A stretch of DNA of 64,000 nt from Eledone cirrhosa. Lineage: Eukaryota. Shown here one piece after another: positions 13,201 to 25,711 of the stretch. Each line of letters starts with the position of its first letter. Position 1 is the first letter of the stretch. The notes beneath the pieces are model-generated. The model was not told where the DNA came from and made no database searches. It worked only from the letters and a program-made list of their open reading frames with translations. Position numbers and translations under genes: made by a program. The stretch spans positions 199,826,001 to 199,890,000 of the forward strand of contig OZ024743.1 of assembly GCA_964016885.1 (NCBI GenBank), read 5' to 3'.

Positions 13201-13657
13201 CTCCTGCATAGTCCCAACGTGCATCTAGGATGTCATTCCAATCCTCCGCTAGAAGCAGGGAACGCGACGTTCCCAGAAAAGTCTCCAGACGCTGGAAGAA
13301 GTCGGGTCGTTCAGCTCCGAAAGGGGAGTAGACGACGACCAGTCTCAAGGCCGCACCTTCACTACTGCCAACGTCTAGCACCAACAAACGACCTCCCGGG
13401 TCCGAGTGAACAATCTGTACGGCGAGACCCAGGTGTTTTTGCAGCAGTACGACAACCCCACCCCCACCTCCAGGTTGACAGAGAGATGCATGCACCTCAA
13501 AGTCATCGAAGGTAGGGGCCAGCTGCCGCACGACGCTGATCCGAGTCTCACAGATAACCATTACATTTATACCACGTGATCTGAGGTCATTTAGAAGCTT
13601 TGCTTGCTTCCAAGTTGAGCCCAGGCCACGTGCATTCAAACATCCTACTCTTAACAC
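10283..13657 (-). pseudogene. LINE ORF2p (APE endonuclease, RT, C-terminal Cys/His zinc motif) with one in-frame stop
   Basis: LNARGL, ETR, DWN, SYLDRF, TDHK; KSPGLDG, FRPITLLN, KAFDRV, RQGCPLS, AYADD; CPRC..ETVAHALVQC. TAG at 11285-11287 replaces the Glu seen in the sister copies (RAEVAN). Confidence 0.93.
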
Positions 13658-13695
13658 TCCATGTGGGCGGCAAAGCCAAAAGAGAGTGTAGAGAC

Positions 13696-15597
13696 CTACC
13701 TTTCTGCTTCCCGGGGTTCGGGTTGCACGACTTCCATGGGGTCGGGGGTGTTGGTTGAAGGGGTGTCTTGTGGTGGTGTGGGGTCGTCTGTGTGTGGTGG
13801 GGGTGGGGTGTTTGGAGTTGTGTTGGGGAGGGGAAGGGGAGGGGGAAAGATTTTTAGGAGGACGCGGTTTATGGGTTTGACAGAGGGTGGTCCTACGTCC
13901 TCGTTAAAATCCTTTTTTAGTTTTTGGTAGAGGTTCATTGGGATCTTTATTAATTTTAAATGTGGGTAGTTTTCTGAAGAAATAAAGTTTACCCCTTCGG
14001 TCTGTACCGAAGGGTTATTGTTTATGAGTTCATTTAATTTATTATTGTTTCTGTTGATGTAAGTATAGTGTAATGTCTTTTTTTCGGATGGTGTGAGTGT
14101 TTCGAAGAGGGGAGGGGCAGGTTTGGTTTTGTTTGTTGCAGGAGGGGTGTTTTGTGTTTTGTTGGATTGTATTGACATTTGGGTAGGGGTTGTTTGGCCT
14201 TGTGTGTTTTGCACATGCTTTCTTTTTTTCCTTTTAATCTGTCTGAAGGACTCCGTTTCTTCCTCCGAATTCGTTGGGTTATCTTCAGTGTTGGAGGGAA
14301 GAGGTATGTTTGCTAGTAATGTTTCCGTGTTGGTTTTCTTTGTGGGGGAGATGGATGTCACTATGTTAGACTGTGTTGTGTGTTGTGGCTTCGGTGGTTG
14401 TGTTGTTTTATTGAGTGAGGGGTTGGGTGGGACTGTGTTTTGTTTTGGGGTAATGTGTTGTGTCTGTTTGTGTTGTGGTGGTGGTGTAGTTTTTCTGAGG
14501 GACGGGTTGGGTGGGACTGAGTTTTGTTGTTTGTTTATCTGTTGTGGTGGTGGTGGAGCTGGTGTTGGTAGCAGGGTTTTCTTCTTGTTGAGTTGGGGAC
14601 AAGCCGCCTTCAGGTGCCCTCTGCCTGCACAGATATGACAGGACGGCTTTCTCCCCTCCACGCTAATGTTTATATACCCGTGGCCCTCTAATAGGATTCT
14701 GTCGGGTATTTGGGCAATGCGTTCAGGCTTCATTTGTACTACAAGTTCTATACCTGTTCCACTGAACGCATTGCCTGTGGTTTTCCCAATGGAAATCACG
14801 TTGTCATTCGCTGGATCGATGAAGCCAGCTATGAGCCAGCAGTAGTCCACATCTGGCATCATCGCATCCAGCCATATGCGCTGAGTTCTTTTACCAATAT
14901 AAGATGGATAAAAGGTAAAATTTGTCGAACGAATCGGCGACAAAGCATATTTTTTTGCCGCTGATTCGTTCTTCATAATAATCGCTAGGCTTCCATACAG
15001 TCTGTCTCTTCTTATGAAAGTGGCTTCATTAAGTACTTCTGTAAGTACTGCTTTAATTTCTGCTTGTGTTGGTTGTTGAGGTTTTTTTGAGATGTTGATG
15101 GTGCGGAAAACAACCGTCCGACTTTCAATATCTTTGGTGAGTTGTTGGGGCATTTTTACCGATAAGGTTCCATTTTCCCCTTGAGTTATGTATTGTTTGG
15201 CGTTTTTTAGTCTTTGTGCCGCATCTGAAATATTTTCAGGTATATATGTTAAAGATTTCTTTGTTGTTTGTGCAAATGAAATATTATTGGTGTTGACTTT
15301 GTCGTCTGCTTTGCTTTCTGTTATGATGTTGTTTTCAAATGTTATTTTTGTGTTTGTTGTTTCTTTGTTTGTGGTATTAATATTGTCATGCAATTCTTTC
15401 AAATTTTTGTTGTTGTTGGAATCAATCTCCAGATTTGTGTTTTCGTCATTTTTCTCCGCATATTCGTCTGTTTTTATTTTATTTTTTCTTTCCTTCTCTA
15501 TGACGTTAGTTGGGAAGGAAGAGGGGACTAAAGCGTGCGAGCTTACAACTCTTACCGCTGTCCCCCCACCACTATTTTCGTTAGCTTCGTTTAACAT
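13696..15597 (-). CDS. LINE ORF1p, nucleic-acid-binding protein with CCHC zinc knuckle
   Basis: 633 aa open frame with CHICAGRGHLKAAC followed by a Pro/Thr-rich linker. Lies directly upstream of ORF2. Confidence 0.85.
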   Translation of the reverse strand: MLNEANENSGGGTAVRVVSSHALVPSSFPTNVIEKERKNKIKTDEYAEKNDENTNLEIDSNNNKNLKELHDNINTTNKETTNTKITFENNIITESKADDKVNTNNISFAQTTKKSLTYIPENISDAAQRLKNAKQYITQGENGTLSVKMPQQLTKDIESRTVVFRTINISKKPQQPTQAEIKAVLTEVLNEATFIRRDRLYGSLAIIMKNESAAKKYALSPIRSTNFTFYPSYIGKRTQRIWLDAMMPDVDYCWLIAGFIDPANDNVISIGKTTGNAFSGTGIELVVQMKPERIAQIPDRILLEGHGYINISVEGRKPSCHICAGRGHLKAACPQLNKKKTLLPTPAPPPPQQINKQQNSVPPNPSLRKTTPPPQHKQTQHITPKQNTVPPNPSLNKTTQPPKPQHTTQSNIVTSISPTKKTNTETLLANIPLPSNTEDNPTNSEEETESFRQIKRKKRKHVQNTQGQTTPTQMSIQSNKTQNTPPATNKTKPAPPLFETLTPSEKKTLHYTYINRNNNKLNELINNNPSVQTEGVNFISSENYPHLKLIKIPMNLYQKLKKDFNEDVGPPSVKPINRVLLKIFPPPLPLPNTTPNTPPPPHTDDPTPPQDTPSTNTPDPMEVVQPEPREAER

Positions 15598-16092
15598 TTC
15601 TGCCAGACGATTGAAATTTTATGCCACCAAATTTTAAAAAACAGGTTTTTCACCCCTGGGAGGGGCGAAGACGAGCTGGCCCACCGCCTGACAGTTCAAA
15701 CGGCGGGTCAAGCTACACAATAGTATCAAAATTAAAATTAAACTTACAACATTTCCGCAATAAATTGGAACAAAACTTCTGCGCGAAGTGAATTACGTCT
15801 ACGCTGTAGAACAGACGACAGCTAGATTCATATCTACTTATATATATATAACCAGCAATTTCTCTGTCTGTCTGTCCGACAGTGGAAACACGTGCGTAGA
15901 GAGAGAGAGTGAGAGTGAAAGAAAGAGACAGACTACGAGAGGGGGATAGCGGGAGGGAGAGAGGGAGAGAGAGAGGGAGAGAGAGAGAGTCAATAGACGC
16001 TAAAACACGTGCTACAGAAACATTACCTTCCCCTCTCCACTAACTTTGGTCACTGAGGCCGAGGGAATCGCGCTGGGCGTGTCATAATGACG

Positions 16093-17346
16093 TAATGCAG
16101 ACAGCCAGACATACAGACAGATATTATAAGGGCGCAACGTTATATCTATGTATCTATCTAAAAAGAAAGACTAAGAATTATATAGAGAGAACACTAAATC
16201 GCCTAATGCGGTCCCTAGGGCATTGAAAATTTGAAATAATTTTTACTCAAAACACTCACAGGACCAGAAGTATTACATGTCTAAAGTTTGAAAGCAATCG
16301 GTTGGATGGTTCTCAAGTTTTAGTGAGCTGACAGACAGACAGACATTCTCTGTTTTAGATATATAGACTAGCAGAAAACCGCCCCCGGGTGGTTTTCTGC
16401 TAGTCTATATATATAAAACTGAGGATGTCTGTCTGTGTGTGTGTGAGTTTGAATCCATAAAACTCGAGAAGCACCCAACCGACTGTTTTCAACCTTTACA
16501 CATGTAATGCTTACGTTTCAGGGAGTGTTCTGAGCAAAAAGAATTTTAAATTTTCAATGCCCTAGGGACCGCATTAGGTGATTTAGCGATCTCTCTCTAT
16601 AATTCTTAGTCTTTCTCTTTTTAGATAGATACATACATATAACGTCGCGCCCTTTTAATATCTGTCTGTATGTCTGGCTGTCTGCATTACATCACTTTCC
16701 TGAGGATGTCTGTCTGTATGTATGTGTGTGTGTGTGTGTGTCTGTCAGTTTGAATCCCTAAAACTCGAGAAGTACCCAACCGATTTTTTTCAAGCTTTAC
16801 ATGTGTATTACATGTTTCAGGGAGTGTTATACCCATAAACAAATTCAATTTTTGATCTCCTAGGGCTCGCATTAGGTTAAAAACAGCGTTTTTTTTTAGC
16901 TTTTTAAGGTTTTTTTGAGGCGTTACGTCAGACCGATTTCCTTGAAATTGTAACTATGTATTAGTCAGTCTCTCTTCATACAGTGAGCAAAGAAAATCTA
17001 ACTTTTTTTATGGCCTAGGGCCCACATTAGGTTAAAAACTTCATTTTTTCAGCTTTTTAGGGCTTTTTGGAGGCGCTACGTCTAGCCGATTTTCCCGAAA
17101 TTTCAAGGCATATATTATGCATATAAAAAAAATGTATTTTCTTGATCCCCTAGAGTCCGCATTAGGTGATAACCTGCATTTTTCCTGCTTCACCGACCAA
17201 AATCTTAAAGATTATCCAGCCATCAGAGTATTCGGTTTATTCTCTTTACATATTGTCCAGGCATGGAGTTTTTTCCATGATTAGGTCTGTTGGAGGCCCG
17301 CGTTCCAAAACACCTTATCCCCTGCAACGCCGGGTACCACTGCTAG
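16093..17346. mobile_element. Non-autonomous Helitron-like repeats, head-to-head then tandem
   Basis: 5' ends TCTATATATATAAAACTGAGGATGTCTGTC at 16404(+) and 16367(-). 3' end GCAACGCCGGGTACCACTGCTAG at 17346. Internal subrepeat CTAGGGxCCGCATTAGG. Confidence 0.7.
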
Positions 17347-17433
17347 TTAATATATATATATGAATATAGCTTCATGTTATATCAATCTATCTATCTACCT
17401 CTTTCTCTCTCATTTCTCTCTCTTTCTCCCCCC

Positions 17434-17448
<15 letters not shown>

Positions 17449-17505
<57 letters not shown>

Positions 17506-18163
17506 ATATAAAAGAAAGTTGTTTAGTGGTTGGTTGGTTGGTCGATTGAATCACACGAAAACTACACGCACATATATTTATACAAACACATCTAAAGAGA
17601 GATATGCGCAGGGAGAGAGACAAACAGAGAGAGATAGGCCGTTATAGGGATGGAGATACAATTAAAGTGTTAAATACAATTAAAGTCTAGAAACGGCTTA
17701 AACTATTGATCCTTTGATCGATAGAAAGGTTTATAATGTCGTTTTACAGTCTTTGATTTTATAGAAGCAAAAAAAATTGATACTATTTGAAATTAATCTA
17801 CCCTCCAGCTTTTATCCATATACTACTTACAGTCCGTGCTAACGAAGCAACACTTCAGAAGCAATGTTATGCGGTATATTGCTGCATTTCAGATGACGTC
17901 CTTTGGAGCTGAAACATATTATACTGACTATGGTCATTTCACAACGTTTAAAATCCAAGGCCAATGCTACCTTTTAATCGGCAGTCTACTCCTCCAGCCT
18001 AATAAGGAAGTTTTATGATTGTTTTTTTATGTCTCTCTCACACATGCTCTCACGCACATAATGGCCTCATATCATACCAGACAACACATCCAATACAGTC
18101 GTTTTCTCCTTTATCCGTCTTCTCTTGACTGTTCTACCAGTCGAAGCGGGGTACCTCATCTAG
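17449..18163 (+). mobile_element. Internally deleted Helitron with Rep/helicase N-terminal remnant
   Basis: 17836-18018 reads FRSNVMRYIAAFQMTSFG..TFKIQGQCYLLIGSLL (helitron_like_N motif). 3' end CGAAGCGGGGTACCTCATCTAG. The 5' boundary is approximate. Confidence 0.75.
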
Positions 18164-18181
18164 TCTATTTATCTATTTAAT

Positions 18182-18219
<38 letters not shown>

Positions 18220-18403
18220 TCACTATATATATATATATATAAATATACATATATACATACGTGTGTGTGTGTGTGTGTGTCAGTGTGTGCATGTGCGTGT
18301 GTGTGTATGTTTGTGTATGTGTGTGTGTTTATATAATGAAGCAAACGTAGTATATTTTTTGTATGTTCATGCACTCACACATATATACATACATATAGAC
18401 ATA

Positions 18404-18487
<84 letters not shown>

Positions 18488-18904
18488 GTGTGCGTGCGTG
18501 CGCACATGTATGTGATACTGGAAGAAGGTGTGGATGAAGGTTTAGAAAAAATAAAAGATTTTATATAAAGATTTAGGGTGGGGCTAAATGATTTTTAAAA
18601 AAGTAGAATAATGTGAGTGGGTGGTAATGGTGGAATTTGCGAAAAAATCAAATAGAAAGCAAAATTAGATTTGGTTTTTCACTCGGTATGCATATTAGGC
18701 TAATCAGCCGATGTATACTTTAGAGAATACTATATATTCTCAAGAGTTCTAATGAGTGACAGAAGAGAGACACAATCTTAACAAAGGGCAATAACCCAGA
18801 AACAATATTGTCGATTGTTTCTCTCTGGCGATTGCGATGGTCATTTAAAAACCATACCACTGTGAGGCTGTTTGCTTGTAAACGAATCGAATGTTATTAT
18901 TATT

Positions 18905-19095
18905 CGAGTGGATTGGCAGTATCGGTAGAGGGTCGGACGCCATGCTTTGCAGCATAGAGTTACGGCCCTTTATGATCTGAGTTCAAATCCCGCCGAGGTT
19001 AACTTTGCCTTTCATCCTTACGGGGTCGATAAAATAAAGTACCAGTAATGTACTGGGATAATTGCTGGCCTTGTGCCAAAAGTAGAAACAATTAT
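18905..19095 (+). mobile_element. tRNA-derived SINE (further copies at 24935-25055+, 32428-32590-, 44462-44620+, 45560-45645+)
   Basis: GGATTGGCAGTATCGGTAGAG head, GAGTTCAAATCCCGCCGAGG, conserved central domain, ACAATTATT tail. Confidence 0.85.
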
Positions 19096-19820
19096 TATTC
19101 GGTATAAAACTCGCGAATACATTAAATAGAAAATTATATGGGAAGTAAAAATATAATTAGGGATAATCATAGAAGCAAAATGGTAGCGAATGGCAATATC
19201 GTTGGAGAGACGCATGTCTCTTCTATATATCAACACTTCCCGCTCTTTATAACATACAAGGAACCTTACAAAAACAAAATGAAAAATAAGGTGCATGAAT
19301 AAATGGAGAGGAACAAGGTAGAAGGTGGTGGAAAAAGATATATTAAGGAACAAACCTTAAACCTAATAAAACATAAACGGAGGCAGGGTAAGCTTCTTGG
19401 ATAGGGTACGATATAAGTGATTATGGTAGGGTAAGGAGAATGGGTAGACGTAAGTATGGTCGGTAAAGACTTCTGTAGTATTCTGCCTTCTAGGCGAAAT
19501 GTTTGCATGTGTTGATTATGATGTGTAACAAGTTGGGTTTAATGAGATTCAAATTCTTCGCCTTACTCTCCCCAAAATATGACCATTACACTGTGAATAT
19601 CTGACTGTAAAATAGTTGCTTACATGTGAAATGTTTAAAATCAAATATAATTTTGTTGTTATGCATGCGTGCATCTTTTCGCTTTCTCTTAATATTGACT
19701 TTATTTTAGACCGGCCACCTTCCCGCTGGCAAGGTTATAAAGAAAAGGAAATTTTCATCGTTACTTGCGTAAGCGCTAATCCTTTGAAGCCTTTGAATTT
19801 TATGTATGTATGTATGTATG

Positions 19821-20342
19821 TCAGAATGTCAGGTTGCTCTCGAGTGCTACTGGTAACATGTAACCCAGTATAACCTGTGTCATGGTCAGGTCGTCGGCGA
19901 CTAAGCCGAAACCCCACCAAGCTTGCTTGGTGAGGAGGGTGGTATTTGCGAGATGAAATACAAGACCCGGCAAAGGGCGGAGGAGCTCAGCAGAGTCAAC
20001 GGCCATCCAAATAGTACTTTTTTTTCCCCTGGGCGTGAAAGGCTCAGAGTTGTTGTCACAAAACCTTTCTAAGAGAGGGAAACTCTGAAAGAAAAAAACC
20101 TGCGGCTTCAGAAGCATCCGTTGATGTTGACCAATTCTCCTTTTCGGGTAGTGTTTTCGATGCACAGAGAGTGGGATTAGTCGAGTGCAAGGCCTTTCCC
20201 CACTTAAAAAACCTTCAAAGCACAGGCATTGCTTGTTCAGGATCTGTTATTGGTTTGTGTGGCTTTCCGTAGCCTAAAAGTGCACCAAACTCTATAATCT
20301 GACAAGCGATTGCAGTACTCTTAACAGAGTTTGCAGCCATCA
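19821..20342 (+). mobile_element. About 520-bp non-autonomous retroelement in (TATG)n, possibly RTE-derived
   Basis: Second copy at 1212-1620. Shared 3' terminus GCAGCCATCA(TGTA)n. No ORF. The RTE assignment rests on recalled resemblance only. Confidence 0.6.
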
Positions 20343-20624
20343 TGTATGTATGTATGTTGTTACAGTTGTTGCTGGTATTCATAGCCCAATGCCACAAGTA
20401 TGGGAGAGAGAACAACTACGTCTATACAATTTATCGAGTCTGGAAGGATGAATTTCACAACTGATTCTAGTGTGATTAAAATACAAGTTAAAGCATGTAA
20501 TTTGACTGTATTTTCTGCCACACATAATCGAAGTATAATATTGAGTTTTAACATTAATATAAAGCCACACATTTTGAGGGAAGAGTTTAGTTAGTTATTT
20601 GCTTTGTCTGCACGTGTGCGTGTG

Positions 20625-20665
<41 letters not shown>

Positions 20666-20699
20666 TGTGTATGATGGCAACATGAAAGGACCTGCTATT

Positions 20700-20890
20700 T
20701 TTCTCTAAAAACATTTTTTTCCAATTCTACTCGGCCCGTCGCTTCAATCTTTCTAATTTCTTTCTTTCTTTTGATGAAGGACTAGCGTCCGAAACGTTAA
20801 GATCCTCTTCCTGCTATTTCAAGCGTTAACCTAATATATTCCTTCCATATACTGTACCGATTGTTTTGTTATTTCTGTTTACTTTTTACA
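20700..20890 (+). mobile_element. PLE family F 3' end with degenerate hammerhead (related copies at 24720-24900- and 26370-26436+)
   Basis: TCTT-TTGATGA-A-GGAC(TAGC)GTCC-GAAACGTT-AAGA. The copy at about 24800-24840(-) has CTGATGAAGGACTAGTGTCCGAAA. Confidence 0.6.
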
Positions 20891-20901
20891 CACAGACAGA
20901 C

Positions 20902-20966
<65 letters not shown>

Positions 20967-20996
20967 CACACACACACGCACGCACACACACGCACG

Positions 20997-21082
<86 letters not shown>

Positions 21083-21952
21083 TGTATATATATATGCATT
21101 GATAAATACATCTATATCTATGTTTGCATGTATATATGTATGTTTGCATGTATATATGTATGTTTTTCTGGTGTTATTACTTTATAAATTTTCGCCAATA
21201 GACCGAGAATCGGTTTCTAACACAGAAACAAAACTCTTTCATTGGAATTTAGACAACATCAACTATACGTATGTATGTGTGTATGTATGTGTATAGGTAA
21301 GGGATTCATTGCATATGTGATTACGTATGTATGTATGTATGTATGTATGTGTGTATGTGTGTATGTATGTATGTATGTATGTATGTATGTATGTATGTAT
21401 GTATATGTGTGTCTGTATGTATGTATGTGTGTATGTATGTATGTATGTGTGTATGTAAGTATAAGGGTGCAGGCATAAAAGCGAGCGTGTATGTATACCT
21501 TGTGCATGCATAAGCTTGCTATTTAAATTTAAATGGTGTTTTGAAATAACAAACGGGTAATATGATAGTTAAGACGTGGAAACAAACACGGAAACGCCTT
21601 CAATTTACAATAAATCCTTTGAGGATGTCAAAGTGGAAGCTGCCATGTTTATTATTTCAGCAAAATGAGCTATCATAATGAAAGTTTATATATTTAAAAT
21701 ATGCACGCGTTTCTGCTATTGCTGCTGTGCGTTTATTTGTAGGGATCTGAAAAGAAAGAAAACATATATCGTAAAGGAATAACAGAATGATACATTCTCA
21801 TATACATAGGTAAATATTATACTGCCTCATTGCTCACCCCCCACCCCACCAACAGACTTACGTAGGTATGTATATAAGTATCTCTCTCTATATATATATA
21901 CACATGTTTTATATATACACGTGTTTTATATATGCACATGTATTATATATAT

Positions 21953-21984
<32 letters not shown>

Positions 21985-22050
21985 ATATATATATAACATA
22001 TATATATATAATATATATATATATATAATATATATATATTTATTTATATA

Positions 22051-22140
22051 CAGGATGTCCCCAAAAATGTATACACACCTGAACAGCATTCTAATAAATA
22101 TTGCCTGTACAGGTAATCAAAGTGTGTGTACATTTTATAA
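22051..22140 (+). mobile_element. Tc1/mariner-like terminal fragment
   Basis: TA-CAGGATGTCCCCAAAAATGTATACACAC resembles a Tc1 TIR. No partner TIR found. Confidence 0.4.
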
Positions 22141-22188
22141 ACATACATACACACACACAGACACACACACAGACACACACAGACACAG

Positions 22189-22295
<107 letters not shown>

Positions 22296-22398
22296 GTAAT
22301 AATAAATGTGAAGACTAAAGTCCGAAGAGGGCTCGATAAGAGTTGAAAGCAGCGATTCTTTGCTTAAATTTTAATCTGAACTTATAATAAATAAATAA

Positions 22399-22438
<40 letters not shown>

Positions 22439-23027
22439 AGAGTGAGAGAGAGGGGGGGGGATATATATATATATATATATATAGATAGATAGATAGATAG
22501 ATAGATATAGATATAGGAAAATAAGAAAAAAAGTAGAAAATGCAAATAGAATTTTCTCATCGAATAACAGCAAAACATTTTCTTAAAAGTAATTTATCGT
22601 ACCGGTTTCAGTCGTTTATTATTAATATATATATATATACACACACATATAAATCATATAACTATACACAATCGTGTGTGTATGCACATAGAGTAAAATG
22701 ACTCAATACACAGAGTTTATTTATTCGTTCGCTGTGGTTCAGGCGATAAATATGCAGCCTTCTATTTCATCTTACCATGTTTTACTAAAACCTAGCTTGA
22801 GACTTCCAACTCTAGAGTTTCTCCTATGTACTGTAATTCAGAGTAACAAGACTCAAGTTTAGGCTTAATGAAGAATATTTATATATCCTATTAATTTCAT
22901 ACGAATGAAACAGTTCTCGTCATGTAGAAGTGATTTCTATACAAAATAAATATACTTCTTCCATACTAACGTATTAAATACCATACTTAAGTGTGGGTTT
23001 TTCCGATGCCACTCGGTAAACCATTCG

Positions 23028-23146
<119 letters not shown>

Positions 23147-23155
23147 ATATATATA

Positions 23156-24040
23156 TTAAATTCACATACCACCATTGCGAAACGGATTTAGGTTTCGAGG
23201 TTCAAATTCGTCTACAGAACAGGTTTGGATTTTTAAATTTAAATCTGTCCAGGAATCATGGCAGTTGCCAATATAAACTTGTCTTTATTGACTTATATCG
23301 AGACAGACAAATTGTATTCACTTTAATTAGTTTATTTCATTAATAGCTGACTATCTGTTGCAATGCAAACACGTTTTGTGTTTATCATATATTTTAATGT
23401 ATTTAACTGCTCGGAAATGCCCCTTTCCTGGAGCTTAATTATTGTAAAGGACTGAGAGCTTATTCTCAAAATATTATATAGTATATTGCTCCTTAAATGT
23501 TAGAGCTGATCTTTAATCCCGCATATATGGCTGTTATTTCTAGCACCGTTAATGCGGGACGGCTAGTTTGGTCTGGCTATACACGTGTAGTCAGACTTGC
23601 AAAATTTTTTGATGTGAGATGTACTAATTTCTACTGGATTCCTGTTGATATGCACAGAGGATTTGGATATTTCACTTTTTATTTCAATTCTATTTCGATT
23701 CTCTTTATTTTTTAAATTCACATACCACCATTGCGAAACGGATTTAGGTTTCGAGGTTCAAATTCGTCTACAGAACAGGTTTGGATTTTTAAATTTAAAT
23801 CTGTCCAGGAATCATGGCAGTTGCCAATATAAACTTGTCTTTATTGACTTATATCGAGACAGACAAATTGTATTCACTTTAATTAGTTTATTTCATTGAT
23901 AGCTGACTATCTGTTGTAATGCAAACACGTTTTGTGTTTATCATATATTTTAATGTATTTAACTGCTCGGAAATGCCCCTTTCCTGGAGCTTAATTATTG
24001 TAAAGGACTGAGAGCTTATTCTCAAAATATTATATAGTAT
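23156..24040. repeat. Partial tandem duplication: two 329-bp direct repeats with a 227-bp spacer
   Basis: 23156-23484 is nearly identical to 23712-24040 (period 556). (TA)n on both flanks. Confidence 0.9.
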
Positions 24041-24137
24041 GTATATATATATACACATATATATATATGTATGTGTGTGTGTGTGTGTATGTATACATGT
24101 ATGTGTGTATATATATATATATACACACACACATACT

Positions 24138-24168
<31 letters not shown>

Positions 24169-24605
24169 GTATAAATAAATAAACATATACATATATATAT
24201 ATATATATTTATGTATATGTGTAGGGGGAAGAGGGTTGGCAGATTCTATGTGTGTGTATGTGTGTTGGTGTGTTTACGAGTATACGTCAGTATGCAGAAG
24301 CAAACCAGATAATCTTATGCAAGTAACATTGAATGTATATTTAAGTTAGTATCGAGTTATATTTCTCCCTCAAGTATAAAATCTATGAGAGTGATTCATA
24401 TCATCTGATATCTGAGAATATGAATGAAGTTCTGTATAAATCTATTCACTTCAGCCCATATCTAAAGTGTTATTATAATAATTTAGATAAAAGAAAAACA
24501 ACAAATTAATATTTACTTAACGATCAGAAAAAGATTCTTCCTGAATTTTTGTCAAATCACGTCATTCACTAAGTCACTAAGTTAGAGAAAATGAAAACAA
24601 AACGA

Positions 24606-24665
<60 letters not shown>

Positions 24666-25275
24666 CTATATGTGTGTGTGTATGTGTGTATGGGGGGGGG
24701 GGGGTATATATATATGTATGTAAAAGTAAACAGAAATAACAAAGCAAACGACACACTATATTGAAGAGATATATTAGTTTAACGCTGGAAATAGCGGGAA
24801 GAGACTCTTAACATTTCGGACACTAGTCCTTCATCAGAATGTAGAGTTAGAAATAGGGGATAAAATAGAAAGATATTGAGTGAGAAGACGTAGAAACGGG
24901 GGGAAATGGAGAAAAAATACTTGTACAGATAGAATGCTTTATGGTATTCCTTCCGGCTCTCTGCTCTCTGAGTTCAAATCCCACCGAGGTCAACTTTACC
25001 TTTTATCCTTTCGAAGTCGATAAAAAAGTACCAGTCTAGTACTAGGGTCGATTCTTTCTCTATATTTCATTCCCATTTCCTCTTTCTCACTTTCTATCTT
25101 TCGCTGGAAGAAATCTGCTGTCCTCAGACCTGGAGAGGGGTGGGTTCCGCCAGGCTCAGAATACCCAAGAAACGCTGTCAATACAGCACCCCAACATTTC
25201 TATTAGGAGTTACGGGCCATACATATATATGTGCGTTGATATGTGTGTGTGTTGATGCATGTGTTGATACACACA

Positions 25276-25462
<187 letters not shown>

Positions 25463-25623
25463 GCACTCATACGAGGGATATAATTCATAACAATTTCTGT
25501 GGTTTTTGTCATTTTCACAGGATATCCTTGATAAATTTGGAGATTAAATCAGTCGCCTTCTATGTGAAACATTCCTGCTGCCATGTAAAATATTAATTAA
25601 CTCTGAAGTGGGGTATAATGGTA

Positions 25624-25711
<88 letters not shown>

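Larger units (their letters stand above)
10016..15830 (-). mobile_element. Full-length L1/Tx1-like LINE
   Basis: ORF1 plus ORF2. 20-bp TSD TATCTACTTATATATATATA at 9996-10015 and 15831-15850. 3' end AATAAAGAAAT. Confidence 0.95.
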
